Assembly: GCA_965178125.1 (NCBI GenBank)
Contig: OZ237746.1
Location: 1,054,001-1,118,000, forward strand
DNA from: Bilabrum cf. latius
Taxonomy: Eukaryota
Direction: 5' to 3'
DNA length: 64,000 nucleotides
Shown one piece after another: positions 35,473-47,600 of this stretch. The notes beneath the pieces are model-generated. The model did no database searches. It worked only from the letters and a program-made list of their open reading frames with translations, and was not told the origin of the DNA. Made by a program: the position numbers and the translations under genes. How positions within the stretch are numbered: the stretch's first letter is position 1; each line of letters starts with the position of its first letter.

Positions 35473-37149
35473 ATGGCGGGGCCCAGGGAGGCCCTGTGGC
35501 ACGCCATCATCCGCAAGAACCACGGGGCCACGCACTTTGTGGTGGGCAGGGACCACGCGGGGTGCAAGAGCTCCGCGGGAGAGGACTTTTACGGCGCCTA
35601 CGACGCGCAGAACCTGGTCAAGACGCACGAGAAGGAGATCGGCATCACCATGCTGCAGTTTAAGAAGATCACGTACGTGCCCCGCCTGCAAAAGTACCTC
35701 CCCGAGAACCAGGTGCAGGAGGGGGAGGTCACGGACAGCATCAGCGGGACGCAGTTCCGGGCCATGATGGCCTCGGGGGAGCCCATCCCGGCGTGGTTCT
35801 CGGACCCGGACGTGATCAAGATCCTGAGGGAGGTGTCCCCGCCCAAGAACAAGAGGGGATTCGCCATCCTCTTCACGGGGCTGAGCGGGGGCGGCAAGAC
35901 CACCATCAGCCACGCGCTCATCAAGCGGCTGCAGAGCGTCATCCCCACCCGCAAGATGACCATCCTGGACGGAGACGTGGTGCGCACGCACCTGTCGAAG
36001 GAGCTCGGCTTCTCGGTGGCCCACCGCAACATCAACGTGGCGCGCATGGGCTTTGTGGCCTCGGAGGTGGCCAAGCACGGCGGCATCGCCGTCTGCTCGT
36101 CCATCGCCCCCTTCGAGAAGAGCAGGGAGGCCACCAAGCGGCTGGTGCAGCCCACGGGGGGTGGCTACCTGCTGGTGCACGTGTCCACCTCGGCCGAGGA
36201 CTGCGCCGCCCGGGACGTCAAGGGCCTGTACCGCAAGGCCATGCAGAGCAACATGGCGCTGACGGGCGTGTCTCATCCCTACGAGAACCCCGAGAACGCG
36301 CAGCTGACCATCGACGCGGGCAAGGTGTCCGTGGAGGACAGCGTGCGGTTCATCGTGGGCTGGCTGGTGCGGCAGGGGTACGTCGACGAGGACCTCGTGT
36401 CCGCGGGGGAGAGGGGCCAGGACCTGGAGGAGAGGGGCGTGCTCACCGAGGGCGCCGAGGACCCCATCGCGGGGCTGTGCAAGTTCAGGGAGGGCCTGCC
36501 CTCGCACCAGCCGAGGGTGGTGCTGGCGCTCGGGGCCACCCCCGCGGACCAGCGGGCCATCGTGGACGAGGTCATGGCGGCCGCTGGGGCCGGCGCGGGA
36601 GGGGGGGATGGCGCGGCCCGGCACAGGGTGCCCGCGGCCGACATCGTCCGCTTCGAGCTGGGCCATGGGGCCGCCCCGGAGTCGTACGGCGAGGTGCAGC
36701 CCGAGAACGCGGGCTCCGTGCCCGAGGGGGCCGACCCTTGGTTCCCCACGGGCACCCCGCTGTCCTCGCCCAGCGACGACGACTCGAGGACCGAGGTGGC
36801 ATGGGACGCGTGGAGCGGCATGCGGGACGCAGTGGGTCCCCCGGGCCCCGAGCGAAAGGGCAAGACCGTGGTGGTGTCAGGGACCCGCCTGCTGGCCCAC
36901 CTGCCGTCGCTCATGCGGCAGGACCCGTGCATGTCTGTGGCGGTGAGGATGCCGGGGGCCACGGACGCGGACGGGCAGGCGCTGGTCTCGGCGCTGGGCG
37001 CGGCGGCCCCCGGGGAGGGGGGAGACGCCGGGTCTGCGGCGCAGTACCTGCAGGACTGGGCCGCGGCGGCGCAGGGGATGGCCAAGACGTACTCGAAGCG
37101 CGTCTTCGTCGGGGACGACGCGGCCTCCAAGGCGTGGAGGGCGGTCTGA
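34022..37149 (+). CDS. Bifunctional ATP sulfurylase-APS kinase with N-terminal signal-anchor and extra C-terminal domain; exons 34022-34066, 34256-34464, 34683-37149
   Basis: PHG|GQLVNL is restored by splicing. ATPS motifs: [68 protein letters not shown]. Kinase domain: LFTGLSGGGKTT, LDGDVVRTHLSKELGFS, RDVKGLYRKA, LTGVSHPYENP. Hydrophobic segment LLIGGLLGSVVLVIIAI at 34265-34315. Stop TGA. Confidence 0.93.
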
Positions 37150-37392
37150 TCGGCCGAGGGAGGGGAATGTAAGGGTGGAAAGAAGAGGGGAAAAGTTTTG
37201 GAAAAAAAGGCGTGGCTCACTGCGAGGCCAGATGGGGGTGAGCTCGGGTGCACCAGATCGGACCCCAGCTGCCGGCCCGGGCGGTCCGTTCGTTCGGTTC
37301 CGCTACGCGGACGAAAAGAGCTTCTGTGCCGAGGAGGGAAGTCATTGTCCCGTCGGCAGCATCGCTGCCCGACCAATCTATTTCTTGTTCAC

Positions 37393-38580
37393 ATGTCATC
37401 CATGGATCAATTTGCCAAGATTCACGCCGGCATCGTGCAGCAATGCGCGGCTCCTCCCGAGATCGCCGCGGATCTGCTGCTGCCCGAGTACGGCTGCGCG
37501 CCGGCCTCCCTTCCGTCCAGCACGGCAGCTGTTCGGGTAGAGCTGCCTCGAACGGTGTGCGGCGCTTTGGCGCGTGTGGTCGTGAAGAGCCTCGTGGAGC
37601 GCGATGCCGTTCGCCGGTACGGGCCGGCTGCTTCGTGGGACCCGAGCGTGCGAGCGGCAGCGCCGGCTGCCGAGCCGTTGGCCGCACCGTCGGCAGAAGG
37701 AGCAGCACTAGAGGAGATCGATTCGTCTGCGTCGTTTCGGATGTCGCCGAGGATACGTGAGGCGCGCCTGCGGGCCACGATGGCCGCACGGTCAACTGCC
37801 GTCAAGGTCGCTGCGACCGCGAAGGACCACGTCGAGATTGCGTTCCCCTCCGCGCTCACCCTTGAGGGTGTCATGTATGGCGTTGTCTCTTCCTTTGCGG
37901 AGACCTGCACGGAGCCCATCCAAGACGCGATCCGTGACGCCCTGGACGCTTGCGAGCTCGAGTGGCAGCGCGCCGACGAGGTCGCATCGGCTCGCGGGCA
38001 CCCCCACCACGCGGAATCCAAGCAAGTGCCTGCCGGCGGCACCGTGAAGCAGCGCAGGCGCAGACGAGCCCGCCAGCGCCGCATGTCGCACAGCGTGCTC
38101 CCTTGGCCGAGCCAGCACTACCGGGAGGCGGTGGCGTGCGCCAGGCGAGCCCGCCTCGTGTTCAAGTTCGCGGGCGTGCGCGAGTACCTGCGGTCCCCGG
38201 GGAGGACCGTGGCGGGCACAGAGGCGGCGCAGGCGGCGCTGGAGGTGAACAGCGGCGCCCTCGTTCGGATGGTGGCGCTCACGCACGGGGAGGCGGCCCG
38301 CCGGGAGGTGAGCGTGGCGCTGTCGAGCGGGGAGAGGAGGGCCCTGCGGAGGTCCCTGGCGCTGCCCATGCAGGTCAAGGTCAGAGTCAGAGGAAGAGAA
38401 AGAGAAAGGGGAAGGGGAAGGGGAAGGGGTAGGGGTAGGATTGCAGGTGCGGGGCAAGAGCAGGTGCAGCCGCCCGCCCTGCCCAGGCAGAAGGAGACGA
38501 GAGAGGAGGAGAAAGTGGAGGAGGGGGAGGGGAGAGAATAGATCACCACGGGCCCGCGGATCTCGGCGGGACTGTAGGAC

Positions 38581-38613
<33 letters not shown>

Positions 38614-41600
38614 CGCAGCGAGCCGAGTGCGAAAGCGAGTGCGCCTCCCGGTCTGGCCTCCAGGGGCAGGGGCAGGGGCAGGGGCAGGGGCAGGGGCAGC
38701 ACCATGGTGGTGGTGGCGCCCCCCGTCACTGTGCCCCGGCTGCTGCGGTCCATCCGGGGCCTGCTGCACCCCTCCCCGCTGGCAGGGATAGAGGACGCTG
38801 ACCCGACCGCGGCCGTGTACGGCGCGGCCCCGGCGTCCATGCACGTGCCCTGGCGCTCCGTGAGCTGGCCGCTCCGGGTGAGGGTCCGGCGGCTCGTGGG
38901 CCTGGGGCGCGCGCTCGCCATGGCGGCTCTGGCGGACACGGCCAGGATCGGGGCCTCCCCGCCCGTGGACCCGCAGACGCACAGGGAGGCGCACGGGGAG
39001 GCAGACAGTTCCGATTCCGGATCCGACGGAGAGGAGGACGGGGGTGCTGAGGAACACAACGGGGAGGAGCCCTTCGTGGGGGGCGACAAGACCGGGGCGG
39101 CGGGCGCGGGGGGCGGGCACCGTCCTGCAGCAGGCGGCCACTCCCACTCGCGGGGTGTGTCCTTCGGCGAGGCGTCCTCGGTGGGGTCTTGCGGCGGTGG
39201 CGGGGACGGGACGTGGGTCGATGGGGCCCGGGGGGGTGTCCCGTCCGTGGGTGGGCTGGTCCGGCTGAGTTCCCTGCGAGGGAGGGCGTTGTTCTCTAGC
39301 CTAGGGGGCGCCAGGGCCACAGCCAGCTCTCGGTTCCTGCTGCCCGTGGTGGACGAGGGCGTGGGCGTGGGGGCGGGCGTGGGGGCGATTGCGAGGGGGA
39401 TGAGCTACGGGCCGAGCACGGGGGCGGGGCTGGGGCTCGGGCTCGGGGGCGAGACGGTGCACGGGACGTGGTCCGGTCGATTGCCGCTGCCTGGGAGGCA
39501 AGGTCCCGGCCCAGGCGGCAGCGAGGGGGGGTAGGGTCTGGCCCTGGCCCTTTCGTCACCCCGGCGCGCCGTCAAGTCGACCGAGGGCGCCCTGCAGCAT
39601 CACGCGCACGCGCCCATGCTGCTGGGCGCGACCGCCTCCCGTGGGGCCTCCTTCGGGCGGTCCTTCGGGCGAGCGAGGCAGTCGATGATGTCCGGGGCGC
39701 AGCTGGGCCTGGGCCTGGGGCTGGGGCTGGCCCACCTGGATTCCTCCGCCGATTTCCTCGTCAGGGGCGGGACCTCCGGGTCGCTGACCCCGGGGTGGGA
39801 TGCCGCCTCAGGGGCGGGATCGGTCTCCTCTCCGGGCGGGCCCCATACGCCCGGCCACGGCCACATGCACCGCCAGCACAGCTCCTCGTCGTCCTCCTTC
39901 GCCCCGCACCCCCTGGTCCGGAGGTCTCCCTCGAGATACGCGATGAGCTTCAGCGGCAAGATGGTGCAGCTGTTCGACAGCGCGCTGGACTCGGCCTTGG
40001 ACGCAGTGCAGGGCCAGGGCCAGGGGCAGGGACGGGGACGGGGGCAAGGCGCGGGAGCGGGCGTGCCCCCGCCCCTCACGCCTGCCAGCCGCGTGGCGGC
40101 CGCAGTGCAGTCCACCGGCGTGTTCCGCAGCAAGGCTGTGGACACGCTGCAGAAGGCCGCGCTGCCGGCGGTGACGAGCGTCATCGTGCGGGTGCACCTG
40201 CGCGCGGGGGGTCAGGAGGTGCCGGGCACGAGGGTGGAGACGCAGCCCTTCCCCGTCTCGGACAGCGCGGTGGCTGCTGGGGGCGACCTGGAGGCGGCGC
40301 TGGGGCGGCAGCGACAGCAGCGCACGTCGGGGTCCATGCGGCCGGTGCTGCGTCCGGCCTTCACCGTGACGCCCGCGGGGGGGTCAGGGGGCCTCAGCGC
40401 AGAGCTGCAGCCCTCGCTGCTTGTGCGGGAGGACGAGGACGAGGGGGGGCTGGAGGAGGGGGAAGAGGAGGGGGCTGGTGGCGGAAGCAGCGCTGGCGGA
40501 CGGGGAAGGGCAGGGGGCGCGCACAAGAGAAGAGGATCAGGAGCAGCTGCGGCCTCATGCTGGAGCCCTGACGCCGACGTGCTGCAGCTGGACGACGTGA
40601 CGGCCGGGGAGTGGCTGTGCACGCGCATCCCGCTGGGCCAGGTCCCGCAGGAGAGCGTTCTCCTCGTGGAGATCGTGGGCATCTGCGATCTGGGCGCTGC
40701 CTCGGAGCCCGTGCGGCTGGCCGCGGCCTCCCTCCCCCTCGCGGACCACCTGGGCCGGCTGCGGTCGGGCAGGCACAGCGTGCGCATGTGGCCGGGGCAC
40801 CACGCGCGCACCACCGCGGGCCTGCAGAGCTCCCCCCCGGGCCAGTACGCCGCCCCGCTCCAGACAGAGGCCCGCGCGCACTGGCTCGCGGGGGAGCCCG
40901 CCAGCCGACCGTACGAGGCCGTGGCGGCTGCCAGGGCGGAGATGGACCGAGCGGCGCGCGGGGGTGGTAACGGAGGTGTGGGGAGCGGAATGGGTCGTGC
41001 TGGGGGTGCGGGTGGCACTGCAGGGGACGCGCAGCTGCAGGCGGCCATGCTGCCGGCCCCCCACGCGATGGCACGATCCCCGCCCGCGCACCCGCTCTAC
41101 CGGTCCAGTCAGGAGGAGCCCAGCGCGAGGCCAGGGCCCGGGCCCGGGGCCGGGGCCGGTGTGGGCGGGGACGAGGAGGGGGGACCCCAGCAGGACAGCG
41201 GCAGGAGCGGGGGCAACGGTACGTGCGCCCCGCTGCGCGGTCATGATTCGTCCGAGGAGGGCGAGGAGAGCGGGTCTGTTGTGGAGCAGCTGCACGCGAT
41301 CGAGGACGAGGGGGACATGGACGCCCTCGAGAAAGAGATGCAGGCAGTTGCAGGGGCGGGGGCTAAGGCGGGGGCAGAAGCTGGTGCAGGCGCAGGGGAA
41401 GGTGCTGGGGAAGAGGGCGGCGGACCCCGTGGAGGTGGCATCGCCTCCCGCCGCCGCCCTCGCCGGTCGTCAATCCTGGGGCGCGAGTCCGGCGGGCTGC
41501 TGCACATCCAAGGGGGGTAGGGGCGCGGTCCTGGTGGTGCTGGGGAACAAGGCGCGTCCGAGGGCGATGGCAGCGGCAGCGGCAGCGGCACTGACTCTGA

Positions 41601-44600
41601 CTCGGAATCGGAATCGTCCGACGCCGGCGGTGCGCTGCAGGGTGCAGAGGCGGGTGGAGGCGCGGGGGACGTGCTTGACGAGGCCGACTGCATCGACGAG
41701 CAATCGGGCGCCGTGGCGGGCAACCTGCTGGGGGGCCTCCTGCCCTCCGTGCCCAAGGAGCACGCAGTGCAGTGGGACGCGGGGCTCTTCGACCTGGGCC
41801 AAGGGGTGCGGGCGGACCTCGAGATCGACGCGATCGGGCTGCCCGTGGTGGGCGACACGCCCCCGGTGACCATCGACACGGTGCGGAGGGCAGCCGAGCT
41901 CTCGCTGAGGAGGGGCGAGGCGGAGGTGAGGACGGCACTGCACGAGGGGGGCGAGGGCACCAGGCTGCGGCCGCAGGGGCCGGGCCCGCGGGGGTAGGGA
42001 AGCGGGGGCCAGGGGCGGGATCAGGGGCGGGATCAGGGCAGCGGCGGTGCAGGTGGGTCTACTGCCCCGAGGCGCGTCTCTTTGCTGGTAGGACACGGGG
42101 CCGGGGCCTCTGCGGGTGCGGGTGCGGATGGAGAGGGACCTGCCGGCCGGAAGCTCACCCTGCGGCACGCGCCGTCCTTCCAGAGCATGTCTCGCAAGCA
42201 GGTCATGGCGGTGTCCAGCAACCAGAGGCACCTCGTGGCCACAGAGTCGGCCCCGCCCCCGCTGCCGCCCAGTTCTGTTCAGTCCCCGGGCGACAGCGCG
42301 AACGAGCGGAAGCAGGGACAGCGAGAAGGTGACGGCGGCAGCGCCTCCTCTGTGCCCAGCAGCGGCGCGGCGAGGGCGGCAGCGGCGGGGACTGCCGCCG
42401 ATTCGAAGGCGAGGCAGGGGCACAGGGCGAGCGTGCACAGGTCGAGCGTGCTGCTGCAGGCGGACGCCCGTCTCCGTCGGAGCGCGTCTCTCTCTCTCGC
42501 TGGTGGCAGTGGCAGTGCCAGTGGCAGTGGCAGTGCTGGCGGGGGAGCGCAGCAGTAGGACAGCGGTGGGGCGGGCGGTCTCATCGCGCGGGCCAGCAGC
42601 GCGGCCGGGTCCGTACCCGGCGCAGGGTCAGCGTCAGGGGCGGGGTCCGGGGTGGGCTCGGCCGGCCGCGCCCCCTCCCGCAGCACAGCAGGAGGGGGGG
42701 GTGACGGAGACGGGGACGAGGGGACCACGGCCAGCGCAGCCGCCCGCTCCCAGGTGATCCGGGCACTCACCCACCGCACCGTGTTCCCCACAGACCTGTG
42801 GTGGATGCTCCCTCCCGCAGACCTGGCCGAGCCCGCTCCCGCCGTGCACGCCGTGGAGTACCCCCTGGGCGGACCCCTGGTGCCTGCCCCCAGGAGGGGG
42901 CTGGAGTGGCCGGGGGCAGCTCTGGCCCCGGAGGGGTCGCTGTCGGCCACCACCGCGGAGATGGACCCCGGGCTGCAGCTGCTGGCCGTGCTTGCCGCGG
43001 GCGGCGTGCGCGCCGGGCCTGAGAGGGCGCGGGTCTGCGGCCTGGGGGGAGGAGCGGCACAGGGCGGTGGTGAAGGCAACGGCGCGGGCTCTCCGCTGCT
43101 CCTGCACGCCGCCACGGCCTTCTGGAGCGTGCCCGCGGCCGTGCAGCTGTTCTCCAGGTGCGACGTGCCGCACCACCTCGCGAGCCACGGGCCGAGGCCG
43201 CTTGCCTCCGTGGGCCTGCAGCTGCGTGCCAGCGACCTCTCGGGGAGGTGGTCGAGCCTGGCCCAGGGATCTGCCGCGGGGCTGCCGCAGGCTTGGTTCG
43301 TCCCTTCCCCGGGAGCAGGAGGGGCTGGAGGAGCGGCTGGCGGTCTCGCTGCGACGGGGCTGGGGGGACCCACGGGAGGGCAGCAGCAATCCCCCCCCGC
43401 GGGGGCCCTGGTCACCCTCGTGGCCCGTCCTCACCCTCGCAAGGGGCACCGCGGGGACGGAGACGAGGTGGTGCTGCTGCTGACAGTGTGGACATTCGGG
43501 CAGCAGGGGGGGGTCTCGGACGAGGACGCAGATGTTGGCGCGGCGACTGGCGTGCGGGACTCCGTTGGCAGCAATAGAAGCAGCAGCACGAGCCGTGGGG
43601 TGGGCGCGTCGGTGGGCGTGCAGCACGGCCCTCACGCGGCCATCCGCGCGATGCTGGCGCCCCCGCCGCTGGGACAGGCGGCCGGTTCCTTCGCTCGGGC
43701 CATGTCCACCTCGTAGCTCTCGAGGTCCCCGGGCATACCCGTCATGTGCGGCCTGTACGAGGTGGCGCTGCAAGGCGCTGCACTCAGCCAGCAGCTCGCG
43801 GCGGCCGGCGAGGCCCCGCCCGGCAGTGCCAGTGACCGGGGGATCCACGCTGCAGGCGAATCGTCTGCGCCGGGCGGCGCTCACGCAGCCGGCACGCCCG
43901 TCGTGGGGGCCTCGGACGCGCTGGTGCCCGTGGCGTCGTCGGGCGCGGGTGTGGGCACCGGCGGTGTGGGCGCCGGTTTAGACACCGCTGGCGGCGCTAG
44001 CAGCAGCAACAGCGTCACGCACGGCAGTTCCGGGCTCCTGGGCGACGTGCTGGGCGGCACGGGCGGGGCGGCGGCGGGCGGGGCGGTGCGCGTGGCCGTG
44101 GTGCGGTACGGCTGGCTGCGCAAGCTGGGCGCGACCTCGCTGTCTCGGTGGAAGCGCCGTTGGTTCGTGCTGTCCGAGCAGCGGGGGTCCGTGAGCTACT
44201 ACACGTCCAAGCTGCAGCAGACCCCCCGCGGCGTCATCCCGCTGGCCTTCACCGAGGTGAGGAGGCAGCCGGGCCGCAACGAGACCTACCAGCGGATCGT
44301 GGGCAGCACGCGCAAGACGCTGGTGGCCTACTGCTTCTGCATCGAGGCGGCCAGCCGAGGGGCCAGCGCGGCGCGGCGCGGGGGCGGGCGCGCGTACTAT
44401 TTGTACACGGACACTCGCCAGAGCATGGACCAGTGGATCGACGCCATCGCCACCGTGAGGGACTCGGCCGAGGCGAGGCTGGCGCAGACTCTCGGTGTGA
44501 CGAGCAAGGTGCGGGGCAGCAAGGGCCAGGCCAAAGCCGAGGCTGCGGGCGCGGCCGTGGCGAGCTCGCTGGACATTGCCACCAACTCGAGCGACTACCC

Positions 44601-47600
44601 CGCCGTCGACTGGCAGGGACAGGGGCAGGGCCAGGGACACGGGCAGCACGGCGTGTCCACGATGCCCCGTCTGGATCTGGCGCTGCAGTCGCCCCCGCCG
44701 CACGGGGGGGCTCGGTTGCGGTTGCGCGGGGACGGGGGCGGGGCCGCCTCTGAGGAGTTCAACCCCAGGGCCAGCACGCGGAGCCTGGGGAACTAGGGGA
44801 GGCAGCGGGCCCTGCGGCACCACGCCACGGCGGGGGAGCGGGTGCTGGCTGGCACCGGCGGCGCTTCGCCGTCCTCGCCCTCCTCCTCGTCGCAGAGGGC
44901 CCGGCTGCGGCCTGGCACTGGGGCCGCCCGGCTGCTACTCGACGCGGGGAGGTCCCCGGGCCTTTTCCTGGAGGGCGAGGGGGTGCTGGGCGGCGGGGGC
45001 CCAGGGGGAGAGGGCGAAGAGGATCAGCAGCAGCAGCAGCAGGCGATGACCTTCATGGAGCGGGCGAGGGCGAGCACGGTGTCCGGCGTGGGGCGGAGGC
45101 AGGCGGGCACGGGCGCGGGCTCGCGCGGCGCCGGGTGGGGAGGGTCTGGTTCCGCCCCCGCGGCCATGACGGTGGAGCAGGCGATCGAGGAGGCCCTCGT
45201 CAGGACCGGCAGCGCCGACCCGCCCGTGCCCCCCAGCTGGGCCACTCTGTTCGCCACTCCGGCCCCGGAGCAGCCCCCCCAGCTGGTGCTGGTGCGGCAG
45301 AGCGGGTTCTTCGGCGGCAGCTACGCGCAGACCCGCGCCCCCGTCACGGAGCGGGTCACCACTGGCCCCTGGGTCTCGTTCGGCGGCATGGGGAGCGGGA
45401 GGCAGGCGCGGCCGGCGCGCCGATTCGCGGAGCGGTTCGTGTACGACCACTGCGGGGCCCTCGGTCTCTCCCGGCGGCTGGCGGCGGCCCTGGCCTACCG
45501 CGGGACGGACGTGAGCGCGGCCATCGCCGCCATTTTGAGGGAGACGGGGGCCGGGGCGGGCGGGGGAACAAGGGTCGCGGAGCTTGCAGAGGCGGCGGGG
45601 CGGGCGCGCCGCCGCGGGAGCCTCATGCAGTCGGGGCGGGCCCTCAACCGGTCTGGCAGCATCCGGCGGATTCCCTCTCGCAGGGCAAGGATCGGGGCGG
45701 CGCTGGGCCTGGGGGAACAAGGCGGGCGAGGAGGTGGGGCGGGGGAGCAGGACGGAGGGGAAGGGGAGAAGGGAGGCGCGGCGGGTGCCCCCAGCCTGCA
45801 GCGCCGTCTCACCGCCCACGGCCGGGCCTCCCGCCGCGACGTGGCCACGGTGCGGCCCAGCGACAGGCTCGGTCTCGCGCTGCACGGGCACGGGCACGGG
45901 CATGGGGCCGGGGGGAGCAGCGCCAGCGGTGGCGGCGGGTCCGTGGGTGGATCTGCGGGGGTGAGGCTGGGCGGCTCTCCGGGGGAGCAGGTCCACGGGG
46001 GCGGGGGCGGGTCCGGTGCAGGGGAGCACGAGGGCAGCGGCGGGTACACCTCCAGCGACGGCGTGGGTGCCGGGCGGGAGGGCGGCGGCGGGCCTGGCGC
46101 GTTGGAGCGCGGTGCCGGTGCCACTAGCGAGGAGGGCCGCAGCGTCAGCGGGCCGGTGCGTCGGCTGGGGCGGCGCGCCTCGGCGAGCATGACGTCCCCT
46201 CACAGGCACGCGAGACACGCAGCCCGCTTCCGCGTGCCCGACGCCTCGCTGCTGCTGGCGCGGGCGCAGGGAGCCGCGGGCGGCGACATGCGCAAGCAGA
46301 GGGTCAAGACCACGTCCAACAGGGTGGGGACGGGGCTGCGGCCGCACACGTGGGGCATCCAGGGGCGGCTGGCGGGGACGGTGGCTGCGCTGTCCCGCGC
46401 GAGCACCGCCACCTCCCGCGCTGGCCAGCATGCGGCGGAGCACGGGAGCGGGGCGAGCGCGGGGGGCACTCCCGTTCTGTCTGAGGAGGGCCTCCTGGGC
46501 GGGGATAGCCTCGACTGGACCGTCGCGCTGGAGGCCATGCTGGACAACGATCCCATGGCGCTCCCGTTCGGGGCCTGCGGACGGCGGGCGGCGGAGCGGC
46601 GGGAGGAGGCAGAGAGGGAGGTGGAAGAGCGGAAACAGAAGGAGACGGAAGAACGGCTGCGAGAACAGATAGAGAAGCAGGAGCAGCAACCGAAAGTCGG
46701 GAAGGGGGGCCCCAGCGTCGCAGGAGAGGGAGAGGGAGAGGGACATGGTGGTGAGCTCGTGGCTCTCCCGAGCCGGCTCGAGCGGGTGCGGCGAGCCACC
46801 CTCTCCAGCGGGAGCGGACCCTCGCCCATGGCAGCCGGCGCGTTGGGGTTCTCGAATGGCGGGGCGGGCTTCAGCCCCGTGCGCCGCTCGCACAGCCGGC
46901 TGCTCGCGCTCCAGCAGCAGGGAGGGGGGGTCTCTCCCGCCGGTGGGGGGGCGGGTGCGGGCGGCCGCTCGACGCCGCCCCTGTCTCCCATCCACCGGCC
47001 GAGCAACGGCGGCAGCGGCGGTGCCGGGTGGGGCGATGGGTCTTCCTCCCAGGGCGGCTCTCCCGGCCGCAGGGGTGCCCGCGCCCGGCGGGGCACCCGC
47101 ACTTTTAGGTTTGGAGAGCTGGCCAGGACGAGCACGGGCCAGGGGTCCATGACAGGGAACAGCCCGAACGGTGGCGCGGGCGGCGGCTCTCCTTCCTTGG
47201 GGGCATCCTCATCCCCGGCTGGGTCGCCGTGGGGAGCCAGCGCCAACGGGCCCGCCGCCATGTCTCCGTCTCCGTCCTCGCCTCTGGCACCGCCCCCAGG
47301 CACATCCCCGCTGGTCCTTGCTGCCTTGGTGCGGTCCAGGGGTGGAATCCTCGGGCCTGGGCTGGGAGCAGCGGGAAGTTCCCCTGGCGGGGGCCCGCGA
47401 GCGAAGGTGCAGGGTGCTCGGCAGGAGGGGGAGGAGGAGGGGGAGGAGGGTCACCGCCAGCGCTTCGGCTCCATGGCGGCCCCGAGGTCGTCCTCCAGAG
47501 ACCTCCTCAAGCGGGCGGGCGATCGGACTGCCGTGCCGAGCCCCCTGGCGCTGACCAACGGGACCAGAGGGGGCCAGGACCAGGGCTCCGAGAGCTCCGC

